From the NCBI RefSeq assembly GCF_006345805.1, contig NC_043001.1, forward strand, positions 133,362,001-133,426,000: 64,000 nucleotides of DNA. The letters are read 5' to 3'. Source of the stretch: Octopus sinensis. Its lineage: Eukaryota. The notes under the pieces are model-generated. The model searched no databases, had not been told where the DNA came from, and saw nothing but the letters and a program-made list of their open reading frames with translations. Both the position numbers and the translations under genes were made by a program. Of the stretch, positions 25,097 through 37,496 are shown one piece after another (within the stretch, counting starts at the first letter, position 1; every line of letters begins with the position of its first letter).

Positions 25097-25212
25097 ACAT
25101 GAATCAAAACATTCAAAAGCATTCAAAAGCCAACCGTTTGTACCACTTCATGATCTTATGACCAGTGCCTTACCACTTAAATCCCGATTCACTCGAATCC
25201 TAAATTAGCATA

Positions 25213-25332
<120 letters not shown>

Positions 25333-25441
25333 GTCAGACAGACAGACAGAGAATGGACTTAACAGAACAGGGGGTTGTACGTGGGATGGAAGAGTTGCTA
25401 AAGAGGTTACAGATGTGTGGCGAAAGATTTCCAGGAAATGG

Positions 25442-25490
<49 letters not shown>

Positions 25491-25539
25491 ATAGTTGAAA
25501 TTTACAGAAAAACAAAAGACGTATATATATATATGTATA

Positions 25540-25839
25540 TCACCGTGATCACCGTGACCGACCAGGCTATCAGATGTTGCTACACATCGCTGGTCACAAT
25601 GCGCTTCGCGTTGTTTTAGCCTTCAAATGACGCCACCCCGCTGGCTAAGCGAGCAGGCCAACAGAAGAAAGAGTGAGAGAAAGTTGTGGTGAAAGAGTAC
25701 AGCAGGGATCGCCAGCACCCCCTGCCGGAGCCTTAGGTGTTTTCGCTCAATAAACACTCACAACGCCCGGTCTGGGAATCGAAACCGCGATCCTACGACC
25801 ACGAGTCCGCTGCCATAACCACTGGGCCATTGCGCCTCC
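25540..25839 (-). mobile_element. SINE family C (B head, different tail)
   Basis: tRNA head shared with family B. Tail GGCCTGCTCGCTTAGCCAGCGGGGTGGCG..GGTCACGGTGA. Confidence 0.85.
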
Positions 25840-25848
25840 AATATATGT

Positions 25849-25898
<50 letters not shown>

Positions 25899-26355
25899 TG
25901 TGTGTGTGTGTGTGTGTGTACGTGCATACATGCACATCTATATATGTATATATGTATGTATGTATATATGTATGTATGTATGCATGAGTTTATGACTGTA
26001 TTTGTCCTCCACCATCGCTTGACAACTGGTATTGGTGCGTTTATGCGCCCGTAACTTAGCAGTTCGGCAAAAGGATAACGCTAGAATAACTACTTGGCAT
26101 TAAAAGCAAAATAAGTCTTGGCGTTGATTCGTTCGACTAAAACCCTTAAAAGCGTTGCCCCAGCATGGCCGCAATAAGATGGCTGAAACTGGCAAAAGTT
26201 AAGAGATACAAGCATATAAATGATATTTGCTTTGCTGCTCACAATTTCCAAGTCAGCCACAACACAATGCTGAGTCCAAGATGAATAGAAAAGTCAATAA
26301 CAAAGAATAAAAAAAAATTACAAATAGAAGAAAAACAATTAAAAAAATGTAGGTT

Positions 26356-26458
26356 GCATCTTGGGCAAGTGTCTTCTGCTATAGCCCCGGGCCGACCAAT
26401 GCCTTGTGAGTGGATTTGGTAGACGGAAACTGAAAGAAGCCTGTCGTATATATGTATG

Positions 26459-26489
<31 letters not shown>

Positions 26490-26713
26490 TTGTTTGTGTG
26501 TCTGTGTTTGTCCCCCTAGCGTTGCCTGACAACCGATGCTGGTGTGTTTACGTCCCCGTCACTTAGCGGTTCGGCAAAAGAGACCGATAGAATAAGTACT
26601 GGGCTTATAAAAGAATAAGTCCCGGGGTCGATTTGCTCGACTAAAGGCGGTGCTCCAGCATGGCCGCAGTCAAATGACTGAAACAAGTAAAAGAGTAAAG
26701 AGTAAAGAGTAAA
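26356..26713 (+). mobile_element. SINE family A, 5' truncated
   Basis: Matches family A from GCATCTTGGGCAAG to the tail. Confidence 0.9.
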
Positions 26714-26930
26714 GTAGGATTAGAAGGAACAATGCACCCGACCCTTACCTGACGAATATTAAAGACTTGATTAAAATCTTAAGAGGTACCTCAGAATTCT
26801 TGTCCAAGCGGATAAAACTGGATACCTATATAACAGTATCTATCTCCCCCACCCTGTCTCTCTATCTATCTCTCTTTCTGTGTATACACAGACGCGCGCA
26901 CATACACATACATAGATAGATATATATATA

Positions 26931-27161
26931 TTTCTTTATTGCCCACAAGGGGCTAAACATAGAGGGGACAAGCAAGGACAGACAAAGGGATTAAGTCGTT
27001 TACACCGACCCCAGTGCGTAACTGGTACTTTATTTATCGACCCCGAAAGGATGAAAGGCAAAGTCGGCCTCGGCGGAATTTGAACTCAGAACGTAACGAC
27101 AGACGAAATACGGCTACGCATTTCGCCCGGCGTGCTAACGTTTCTGCCAGCTCGCCGCCTT
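26931..27161 (-). mobile_element. SINE family D
   Basis: Reverse complement of 44053-44286. Confidence 0.9.
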
Positions 27162-27231
27162 ATTTAGATAGATATATCTTATAGATAGATATATACATGC
27201 ATTTATACACACATGCAAACATACGTTGTGC

Positions 27232-27607
27232 CACTCAGTCGGTTACGACGACGAGGGTTCCAGTTGATCCGATCAACGGAACAGCCAGCTCGTGAAATTA
27301 ACGTGTAAGTGGCTGAGTACTTTACAGACACGTGTACTCTAAACGTGGTTCTCGGGGAGATTCAGCGTGACACAATATGTGACAAGGCTGGCCCTTTGAA
27401 ATACAGATACAACAGAAACAGGAAGAAAGAGTGAGAGAAAGTTGTGGTGAAAGAGTACAGCAGGGATCACCACCATCCCCTGCCGTAGCTTCGTGAAGCT
27501 TTAGGTGTTTTCGCTCAGTCAACACTCACAACGCCTGGTCTGGGAATCGAAACCGCGATCCCACGACAGCGGGTCCGCTGCCCTAACCAATGAGCCATTG
27601 CACTTCC
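27232..27607 (-). mobile_element. SINE family B, diverged full length
   Basis: Reverse complement of 53156-53538. Confidence 0.85.
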
Positions 27608-27640
27608 ACAAAGCATACGTAAGTGTATGTATATACATAT

Positions 27641-27854
27641 TTTATCCTTTACTTGTTTCAGTCATTTCACTGCGGCCATGTTGGGGCACCGCCTCGAAGG
27701 GTTTTGTAGTCCAACAAATCGACGCTACGACTTTTTTTTTAGCCTAGTACTTCTTCTATCAGTCTCTTCTGCCGAGCCTCTAAGTTACGGGGACATAAAC
27801 AAATCAACACTGGTTGTGAAGCGAAGATGGGAGATAAACTCAGGCACATATACG

Positions 27855-27895
<41 letters not shown>

Positions 27896-28031
27896 ACGAC
27901 GGGCTTCATTCATTTTCCATCTACCAAATCTATTCACAAGGCTTTGGGCGGCCCGAGGCTATAGCAGAAGGCACTTGACCAAGGTGCCACGCAGTGGGAC
28001 TGAACCCCAAACCATATGGTTGGGAAGCAAA
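27641..28031 (-). mobile_element. SINE family A, diverged, head missing
   Basis: Tail and body similarity to family A. Confidence 0.75.
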
Positions 28032-28041
28032 TATATACATA

Positions 28042-28678
28042 CTAGCAGTATCGCCCGGCGTTGCTCGGGTTTGTAAGGGAAATAACTATATAAGCATTTT
28101 TAGAGAGTTATAGACAAAAAATAGCAAAAAATGCATTAAAAATGGAAAAAATATGATGGTAAATCTTTTTTTAAATCGTTGACTCATCGTAGACATTTTT
28201 AGAGAGTTACTTCCCTTATATAATAGCGAAAAAATGCATTAAAATGGAAAAAAAACGATGGTAAATTTTTTTTTAAATCGTAGACTCATGTAGACGCTTT
28301 CTTAGCCATTTCTGTTTTGGTGTCTTCAAGCCATGAAGTCGTTGTTCTAAAAGAACACTGGTCTCCTTGACAACGCATTACGACGTTGATTTCCTTACAC
28401 TCCCCTCCCCACAGGTGCAGGTGTGAGCGTGGACGCCAACTCCGCCGCCATCGACACACGAAAAATTATGCATTAAAATGGAATAAAAAATTATGTTAAA
28501 TTATTTTTTAAATCGTAGACTCATCGTACACGCGCGCTAATATTCAGACGGGCTCGATATGAATCACGACTATAAGCTACCCGAATTTGGTTAAACTGTA
28601 CCGCAAAATGTGGGAGTAGTTAGGAATCTAAATCGAAGGGGACAGACACTCACACAACTACAGTTTTATATATATAGA
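28042..28678 (-). mobile_element. Non-autonomous Helitron H1, long variant
   Basis: Same termini as 11330-11727 plus about 170 bp of extra internal sequence. Confidence 0.85.
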
Positions 28679-28714
28679 TAATAGCGCAGCAGTAGTGGTG
28701 AGATATGACAGCAA

Positions 28715-29110
28715 AGAAAAGCATACATTCACTCTCTGCATGCAATTAGACTCGGAAGTTCGTGAGGAACCCATTGACCCAATTTGCTGACTTTTCCGAT
28801 AGCACACAGGTGTCAATGAATGGTTGAATGACCAAATCCAAGCTTCTCTGCTAGTTCCTCAACAGTTACGATGATATTTTGTTCCACCAGGGTTTTCAGG
28901 ATGTCCTTGTCGAGTTCTACAGATCTTTCAGGATGAGGCTCGTCTTCTAGGCTGTAGTTTACAGCTCGGGATTTCTGGAACCACCATGACACTGCTTACG
29001 CTTATTGTCCAATCCCCATATACTGCATTAATATTTCTTGTACTTTGCACACATTTATATTCTGTTATTCTTTTATATGTTTCAGCCTTGAGGTTGTGGC
29101 CATGCTGGAT
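28715..29110 (-). pseudogene. Mariner transposase remnant
   Basis: AVYG, VEELAEKLG..STIH.HL..IGKVSKLGQWVPHEL. Confidence 0.85.
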
Positions 29111-29146
<36 letters not shown>

Positions 29147-30235
29147 TATCTGTCTGTCTGTCTGTATGTATATATGTATATGTATGTGTGTGAACAATAA
29201 TATTTTCAACAGATGTGTTGCAAATGTATCTGATTGTTCTCAAGCTTCAATACTGTGTGTGTGTGTATGTGTGTGTGTGTATGTATGTATGTATATGTAT
29301 GTATGTATGTATATGTATGTATGTATGTATGTGTGTATGTATGTAGTGGTGTGTATGTATGTGTGTGTATGGTGTGTGTGTGTGTTGTATGTATGTATGT
29401 ATGTATGTATGTATGTATGAGTGTATGTTTACTTTATTACTAATTACTCTCTTCCAAGAACATTTTCACTCACTCTTAGCTCTTAGCTTCCCATACATTT
29501 TACTCATGTATCTATCAGCGTCATGGACAGAATACTTTCACTTTAGTCTTCCTCAAATCACTCTGTCTCTATTTACTTTCATTTTATTCGTTGCCCATTG
29601 TGTGTGTGGTGTAAACCAGACTAAGAAAAGCATTTGACACACACACCAGAATGTGAGTTTTCTGTAAATTTTGCTTAATTGGAGTTTAAATTTTAAAAAC
29701 TGGACCTGGCATGACGCGATGCGTTGTACTCTTAAAAATGCTAGGTAAATTGTAATTGAAGAAATCCTATATTGTAGATTTGTATAACTCCCAAAGGGAG
29801 GCAGATAAAATCTGCCTTTTATAATAAGAGATATATATACACATATACATATATATATACATATATATATACATATATACATATATGTATGTGTGTGAGT
29901 GTGTGTGTGTGTGGTGTGTGTATGTGTATATATATATATATATTAACAATTGAGGATAAAATCTTTAAAAGAAATTATCAGTAGTCAGCGTGAAAAAACC
30001 TCGTAAGAGAAAAAATTCGTAAATTCTTCCTCTTTGAAAATATTCATTTATATTATATTGAGGGTACTACTATTCGTAGATACCAACACGCTAAGAGGGA
30101 CCAATGCGGTCAAAACTACTAAAAATAAACAAAATTTTAGATATGTAAAGATAAACATTCGTACATGCTACGACGGATTCTACGGTTGGCTATCGAGCTT
30201 GTAATGTTATGTTTTCTCTTATATTTCTTGAGTTT

Positions 30236-30299
30236 GTTGCACTGATGAACATGAAATGCATATTCTGCATTAAAGGCGAAATCACATGTGATATGTAAC
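30236..30299 (+). ncRNA. Type I hammerhead motif, copy 1 (base of stem II imperfect)
   Basis: GTTGCA-CTGATGA-[..ATGCA(TATTC)TGCAT..]-GAAA-TCACATGTGA-TA-TGTAAC. Confidence 0.6.
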
Positions 30300-30731
30300 T
30301 GAATTCTTTTTTAAAATGATGTGTTTTGAAGTTTTGCATTCGGTAAAATTTTGTTTATTTTTAGTAGTTTTGACCGCATTGGTCCCTCTTAGCGTGTGGT
30401 ATCTACGAATAGCAGTACCCTCAATATAATATAAATGAATATTTTCAAGAGGAAGAATTTACGAATTTTTTCTCTTACGAGGTTTTTTCACGCTGACTAC
30501 TGATAATTTCTTTTAAAAGATTTTATCCTCAATTGTTAATTTATATTTTCACCGGAATAGTTCAATACTGAATTTTTATTCCGACTAGACAATTTGTTAC
30601 CGAAATGCATTGCGAATAAGCCCGCCATTTTCATAGATATGTAAAGATAAACATTCGTACATGCTACGACGGATTCTACGGTTGGCTATCGAGCTTGTAA
30701 TGTTATGTTTTCTCTTATATTTCTTGAGTTT

Positions 30732-30795
30732 GTTGCACTGATGAACATGAAATGCATATTCTGCATTAAAGGCGAAATCACATGTGATATGTAAC
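30732..30795 (+). ncRNA. Type I hammerhead motif, copy 2
   Basis: Identical to 30236-30299. Confidence 0.6.
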
Positions 30796-30927
30796 TGAAT
30801 TCTTTTTTAAAATGATGTGTTTTGAAGTTTTGCATTCGGTAAAATTTTGTTTATTTTTAGTAGTTTTGACCGCATTGGTCCCTCTTAGCGTGTTGGTATC
30901 TACGAATAGTAGTACCCTCAGATAATA

Positions 30928-30983
<56 letters not shown>

Positions 30984-31001
30984 TATATATATATAAATGA
31001 A

Positions 31002-31340
31002 GGTATATGGCTCTTGGTTAGAGTGTCGAGCTTACAATCATGAAGTAGTGAGTTTGATTCCCGGACCAGGCTGTGTGTTGTGTTCTTGAGCTTGGCACTT
31101 TATTTCATGTTGCTCCAGTCCATTCAGAAATTAGTTGCGACGTCACTGGTGCCAAGCTGTATCGGCCTTTGCTATTCCCTTGGATAACATCAGTGGCGTG
31201 GAGAGGGAAGGCTGATATGCATGGGCGACTGCTGGTTTTCCATAAGCAACCTTGCCTAGACTTGTGCCTCAGAGGATAACTATCTATGTGCAATCTCATG
31301 GTCATTTATGACCGATGAAAGAGGTGTGGAGTCTTTACCC
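31002..31340 (+). mobile_element. tRNA-derived SINE family E
   Basis: A-box-like TGGCTCTTGG, B-box-like AGTTTGATTCC, then GTGTTCTTGAGC..GCACTTTA body. Confidence 0.65.
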
Positions 31341-31640
31341 TATATGTATATATATAGTGACAGCTGATGAAGGGGATTTTTCCTTGTGTAGCATGTCCTG
31401 TACCTTGTTTTTCTGTTGTAAATATTGTTTTTCCCGTTTTCGTTCTCGTCCTGTTCCACGTCTCTGTCTTTCTGTTGTTACAAAATGGCCTTTCCGTTTT
31501 CGTTTCTGTTGAGTTTTACGTCTTTTTGTGGTGTCCTGTACGTATATATATTTATATATGCATGTATATATACATGTAGATGTCGGTACGTACATATATG
31601 TTTTGTATGTATGCATATATTTCATTTATTACACTATATA

Positions 31641-31701
<61 letters not shown>

Positions 31702-31714
31702 CTGTGTGTGTATT

Positions 31715-31870
31715 ATAAAATTCGTGGGTAAGGCCGGAACAATGCGAAATAAATCCAAGGAATGTCACAAGAAAAACAGGCGTATGAATTAATGGTAACT
31801 TAATGCCTGTTTTTGTGATTTGCTTTGGTTTTTTTAGCATTGTTCCGACTTTACCCACGAATTTTATATA
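31715..31870. repeat. Short foldback/MITE-like inverted repeat (about 65-bp arms)
   Basis: TATAAAATTCGTGGGTAAGGCCGGAACAATGC versus GCATTGTTCCGACTTTACCCACGAATTTTATA. Confidence 0.75.
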
Positions 31871-31905
31871 AAATATTCCACAAAATGCTTTTTACTAACT
31901 ATACC

Positions 31906-31943
<38 letters not shown>

Positions 31944-31950
31944 TATATAT

Positions 31951-32050
31951 NNNNNNNNNNNNNNNNNNNNNNNNNNNNNNNNNNNNNNNNNNNNNNNNNN
32001 NNNNNNNNNNNNNNNNNNNNNNNNNNNNNNNNNNNNNNNNNNNNNNNNNN
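31951..32050. other. Assembly gap (100 N)
   Basis: N run preceded by (TA)n. Confidence 1.
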
Positions 32051-32875
32051 TATTAAATTTAAAGTACAATGGGGAAATTCATCTTCAGTTTCAAAATTAA
32101 TTTTCTATTCTTTTATTTATTTATTACATCCCAAACATCCTGGAAATCGTTTTATGGGAAATACCATAGATTCAGCTTCTTTATAGGAAATTTCAAATTT
32201 AAAATCTAAAATTATAAACTTTTTTAATGTATCTAAATTTCCATCATTGATTGAAACAATCACTTGATATTTGGGTCAGATAAAATGGAAATTCCTCTTC
32301 ATGGAAAACCAGAATATATCTATTTAGACATGAGAAAAAAAATGATGAACAGCTGGGTAAGTTAATTAGAAGCAGCTGTAGTTTTCAGCGACAAATTGCA
32401 CAGAGAATCATATCAGGTCTTGAAGAATGATGGCTAAAAATCGGTCATCACAAACTTGGTGCCTTGATACTGTTTATATCGCTGTTTGATAATATTATTT
32501 CTTGCTTTTTTTTTTATTTTGTTCTATAATGTCAAGACACCATCCAACAGCAGATGTTGGTCTTCAATAACGAACACGACAACCATTACGCCCGCCGCAC
32601 TCGTAATCTGATAGGAACATTTATCACAATCACCATCACCTAAAACACTAGCGCCAAGGCTAACCCCATTGGAACTACAAACAACACAGCCATAAACACA
32701 ACAACCACCACCACCACCACCTTCACCACCACAATCACCATCATCACAACAACCAACACCACTGCCATCCTTATCACTATCTCCGTCGCCATCAGCACCA
32801 CAACCACAACCACCACCGGCACCGGCACAGTCATTATCATCGTCCTTAAACAGTGGTGGCTATTTATTAAATAGA

Positions 32876-33198
32876 CTAGCAGTATCGCCCGGCGTTGCTC
32901 GGGTTTGAAGTGAACATTTTTCTGGTTGAAATACACCGAAAAATGGCGATACAGCAGTCAAAAAATCGTAAAAAATAAGGATTTTCATAGAAAAAAAGCA
33001 CCTTTTTGATGTAAATAATTTTTGGTGTTAACATGGTCCGATTTGGATTTTTTTTTCTACGGAAAGAAGAGCAAGCCTTCTTCTTTCATACTCTCAATTT
33101 TGGTCAACTTGCGCCGCAGGGTCTCGGAGGACATAGTGTTAGTTGAGGGCTACCAAACCTGCCATAAACAGACAACTTCAACTTTATATATATAGAGA
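32876..33198 (-). mobile_element. Non-autonomous Helitron family H2
   Basis: Same CTAG plus hairpin end as H1 but a different interior; TC start. Confidence 0.8.
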
Positions 33199-33984
33199 TT
33201 AGTGTAACAGATTAACTATTGCTCAGAATTGAAATAACTTTTCAGTGTTTTAATAACAATGCGTACCTGTACTTCTATTGTTATTCAAACCTCATTTACC
33301 TTTTTGCATCTTTGATTTTCGAAATATATTCCTTAAACCATTGTAGTTTTTAAAAGCGAATATTTAGAGATGTCACAGCTCCATAACATTTTCAGCTCCC
33401 CCTGCACTGCTGGCATTGTTTTTATTGATTTTCTGCTTGCTTGAAGATATAAAGATAGGAAAAAGAGAATTTAAAAGGTTGCCGTTGAAGGTTCCCAAGG
33501 ATTTTGAAGTGTTAATGAAGCAAGTGAGACACAGCAGAGTGTTGACGAGAATGGATTTTCGAATGATATTGTTTTCAGATTTTGGTACAAGGCCACAAAT
33601 TTCGGAGGAGGGGTAAGTCAATTACATCGACCACCGTGTTCGAACGGTACTTATTTTATCGACCTCGAAAAGATGAAAGGCAAAGTTGACCTCGGCGACG
33701 AAAGTACACAGATAAATTCAAAAATAAACTTTAGAATTTAAATGATATACAGTATAACATTCATAAAGACCTACTGTAAGAGGCTCCAATCGCTGCCTCA
33801 TTCGTCCAAAAGAGGTAATCAACTGAACTGTAAAGTCACAGCCATGCAATTTTAAGAGAAAAATCAAAGCGATGGTATTGCTCGAAACCGCGTTGCAGCC
33901 ATTATTTTAATTTTATCTAGTTTCAGCTCACGAGCTGTGGCCATGCTGGGGCACCAGATATATACGTGTATGTGTGTGTACTTG

Positions 33985-34223
33985 CTTTTATTCTTTTACT
34001 TGTTTCAGTCATTTGACTGCGGCCATGCTGGAGCACTGCCTTATAGAGCTTTTAGTCGAAGAAATAAAGCCCAGGACTTATTCTTAGTAAGCCTAGTATT
34101 TATTCTATCGGTCTACTAAGTTACAGGGAAGTAAACACACCAAAATCGGCTGACAAGTGATGACGGGCGGGAGAGCAAACACAGACACACACGCACATAA
34201 ATGTACACACACCACAACACACA

Positions 34224-34277
<54 letters not shown>

Positions 34278-34440
34278 GACAGGCTGTTTCCAGTTTCCGT
34301 CCACCAAATCCACTCACAAGGCTTTGGTCGGCCCAAGGCTATAGTAAAAGACACTGGCCCAAAGTGCCACGCAGTGGGACTGAACCCGGAACCATTTAGC
34401 TGGGAAGCAAGCTTCTTACCACATAGCCACGTCTGCACCT
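33985..34440 (-). mobile_element. SINE family A, diverged full length
   Basis: Similarity to family A across its length. Confidence 0.8.
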
Positions 34441-34530
34441 ATACATACATACATACATACATACATACATACATACATACATACATACACACACACATAC
34501 ATACATACATGCTTATATAGATATAACAGT

Positions 34531-34819
34531 GAAGATGCGTGGCTTAGTGGTTAGGTTATTCGGCTCAAGATCGTAATGTCGTGAGTTCAATTCCCAACTG
34601 CGTGTTGTGTCCTTGAGCATTACGTCGCACTCAACTAGAAAAAAAGGAGCTGTACCAGTAATTCAAAGGGCCAGCCTCGTCACATTCTGTGTCACGCGGA
34701 ATCTCCGTTAACAGTACGCGTGTCTGCGGAGTACTCAGCCACTAGCACGTTGATTTCACGAGCAAGCTGTTCTCTTGGCTGGATCAATTGAAACACTCGT
34801 CGTCGTATCCGACGGAGTG
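34531..34819 (+). mobile_element. Old SINE with a family-B-type tail
   Basis: tRNA head TGGCTTAGTGG..AGTTCAATTCC; tail TTTCACGAGCAAGCTG..CCGACGGAGTG. Confidence 0.7.
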
Positions 34820-34849
34820 ATAAGCACTTTTTAATAACTTTATATGATA

Positions 34850-35240
34850 CTAGCAGTATCGCCCGGCGTTGCTCGGGTTTGTAAGGGAAATAACTATATA
34901 AGCATTTTTAGAGAGTTATAGCCAAAAAATAGCAAAAAAAGCATTAAAAATGGAAAAAAAATGATGGTAAATTTTTTTAAATCGTTGACTCATCGTAGAC
35001 ATTTCTAGAGAGTTACTCCCTTATATAATAGCGAAAAAATGCATTCAAATGGAAAAAAATGATGGTAATTTTTTTTAAAATCGTAGACTCATCGTAGACG
35101 CGCGCTAATACCAGAAGGGCTCGATAGAATCACGACTATAAGATACCCGGTTTTGGTTAAACTGCACCGCAAAACGTGGGAGTAGTTAGGAATCTAAATC
35201 GTAGGAGACAGACACACAACTTCTCTTTTATATATAAAGA
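34850..35240 (-). mobile_element. Non-autonomous Helitron H1, short variant
   Basis: Near-identical to 11330-11727. Confidence 0.85.
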
Positions 35241-35309
35241 TATATATAACACATGCATATATATGAATACAATATTTATTCAGACACACGCTCGCACAGA
35301 CACATAGAT

Positions 35310-35361
<52 letters not shown>

Positions 35362-35684
35362 TCACACACATATATTGCAGGCATATGTGAGTGCGTGATT
35401 ATGTAATATCATGACAACTATCCGAAAATGAATTTTAAGATAAGATCCAGCGATAATTATTTGCTCTAGTTCAAAACTTTAGGATGGTTTGTTTGTTATC
35501 TCAGTGCTTTTATCTGTGAAGCTGATTCCTAATTCAGTGGTACCTATCCGGTTTAGATGACGTAGTTAAACTGTAATTGTCATAGTCGTCGTCGTTGTTA
35601 TTTAATCGCAGGTCTGCCTGGGGCTTAACAACAATCTATGAGCGAAGACATTCCACTTGTGATCCTTTTAGGGCTGTGTATCTA

Positions 35685-35940
35685 TCTTTTATCTTTTACT
35701 TGTTTCAGTCATTAGACTGCGGCCACGCTGAGTTACCGCCATGAAGAATTTTTAGTCGAATAAATCGACTGCAGTACTTTTTTTTTTTTTTGGTTAAGCC
35801 TGGTACTTATTCTATCGGCTCCTTTTCGCTGAAGTGCTAAGTTATGGGGACGTAGACACACCGACACCGGTTATCAAGCAGTGGTGGTCGACAAACACAT
35901 ACACCACACACTCGTGTATGTGTGTGTGTGTGTGTGTGTG
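35685..35940 (-). mobile_element. SINE family A, 3' half
   Basis: Tail similarity to family A. Confidence 0.7.
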
Positions 35941-36067
35941 TAAGTCGTCTATGAGCCCATATGTTAGGAAAACATGCTCTCGTGTCAATAGAGTGGGTAT
36001 ATTAAGGCAAACACAAACAGGCAAGAGAGAAAGAAATGACAGCAATCTATCATACAATTTTAAGTCA

Positions 36068-36158
36068 CCTACGGACGTACGTTTCGAGATTAAGTTTTAG
36101 GAAAGCATAAGAATTAGATAATTATGTCTTACCCAACTTCTTCTCTCATCAGCGTAGG
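36068..36158 (-). ncRNA. Canonical type I hammerhead ribozyme with GUC cleavage triplet
   Basis: CCTACG-CTGATGA-GAGA..(long stem II)..TCTC-GAAA-C(GTAC)G-TC-CGTAGG. All core nucleotides are present and stem I is a perfect 6 bp. Confidence 0.8.
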
Positions 36159-36344
36159 ACACTACAATTATGAATAATTGTATAGAAAGATCTATTTCTG
36201 TAGTGTCAATATACATAATAACATAATTACATTGAAATGAATCCTGCTTTGCTATAAATATCTCTATTGTTTAGTAAGAAGTTTGCTTTCCAGCCACATG
36301 GTTCCGGGTTTAGTCCCACCGTGTAGTACTTGTGTTTTGTAACC

Positions 36345-36642
36345 CAGTGCTACTCAAAGTGGTGGTCCGCGGACCGGTGCCGGTCCGTGACCCATCAGCT
36401 GCCGGTATGCGGCGTGTTTCCAGAAAAGAAAGATACATAAAATGCTTATAGAATACCTTATGCAGCATTGTATTATTTGATTACAAAATAAATATAAGAT
36501 AAAAAAAAATTGTCAACTTTTATTATATTCATTATATATACTGTTTCCGGTATAAATAAATATTGTTAAGAAATATTACCGGTCCCTGGCACTTTGGAAA
36601 AAAACTGCCGGTACTTCCCGTCATATAGTTTGAGAAGCACTG
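36345..36642. mobile_element. hAT-Charlie-like MITE inserted in a SINE A copy (36270-36720)
   Basis: TIR CAGTGCTACTCAAA / TTTGAGAAGCACTG. 8-bp flanks TTGTAACC and TTCTAGCC (6/8 match). Confidence 0.8.
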
Positions 36643-36860
36643 TTCTAGCCAACTCCAGGCCGAGCAAAAGCCTTGTGAGTGAATTTGGTAAGCGGAAACT
36701 GAAAGAAGCCTGTCGAATGCATACATACATACATATATATATATATATATCTATATATATATATATACATACATATATATATATATAATATATATTATAA
36801 TATATATATTATATATATATATATATTATATAGATATATAATATATATATATATATATAC

Positions 36861-37000
36861 ATACAATATGTTACATTACTCGGTAGTCAAGATAAAACTC
36901 TGAGTTTCAGATGCCGAAGTGAAAATCCACAACACCATCTCTTCGGTTATCTGCTGAACTCAGAGTTTTATCTTGACTCCGAGTAAGTAACATATTGTAT
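36861..37000. repeat. Inverted repeat (about 47-bp arms) with a variant HHR at 36890-36952 (minus strand)
   Basis: ATACAATATGTTAC..CTCTGAGTT versus AACTCAGAG..GTAACATATTGTAT. Confidence 0.75.
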
Positions 37001-37079
37001 AGATAAATTTCCTCTATTTACATAATATTGAGGTCGTCTCTTTCTTTTGTTATCTTACCGTTTTATCAAATTATATTAT

Positions 37080-37115
<36 letters not shown>

Positions 37116-37241
37116 CATATATACAATATATATATATATATATTATATATATATATATATATATTATATTATATACATACATATATATAATATATATATA
37201 TATATCTATATATATATTATATATAGATATATATATATATA

Positions 37242-37446
37242 TAAAAAAAGGAAATGAAGAAAATGCTGACAAATAATTGAAGTAATTAAGTAATTTAATT
37301 AGGTGAAAGTTTTTTACCGGTTGCGCATTTGTTATGCTTATCAAAATTTGATAAGCAACAAATGCGCAACCGGTAAAAAAACTTTCACCTAATTAAATTA
37401 CTTAAATTACTTCAATTATTGTCAGCATTTTTTCATTCCTTTTTAT
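37242..37446. repeat. Near-perfect palindrome (about 100-bp arms, centre at about 37346)
   Basis: ..GCGCATTTGTTATGCTTATCAAA A TTTGATAAGCAACAAATGCGC.. Confidence 0.9.
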
Positions 37447-37496
37447 ATATCACCACTCGTGTTCGACATCTCCTTTTTTTAAATATATATATATAT

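Larger units (their letters stand above)
29942..30920 (+). mobile_element. Non-autonomous Penelope-type insertion: inverted 5' arm plus tandem HHR-bearing direct repeats
   Basis: 29942-30138 is inverted at 30345-30540. Direct repeats at 30139-30423 and 30635-30920 (offset 496). Flanked by (TA)n. Confidence 0.75.

Noticed and set aside
32640-32936. Val-rich ORF
   Set aside because: Derived from (CAC/CAA/CAT)n low-complexity sequence fused to a Helitron end.
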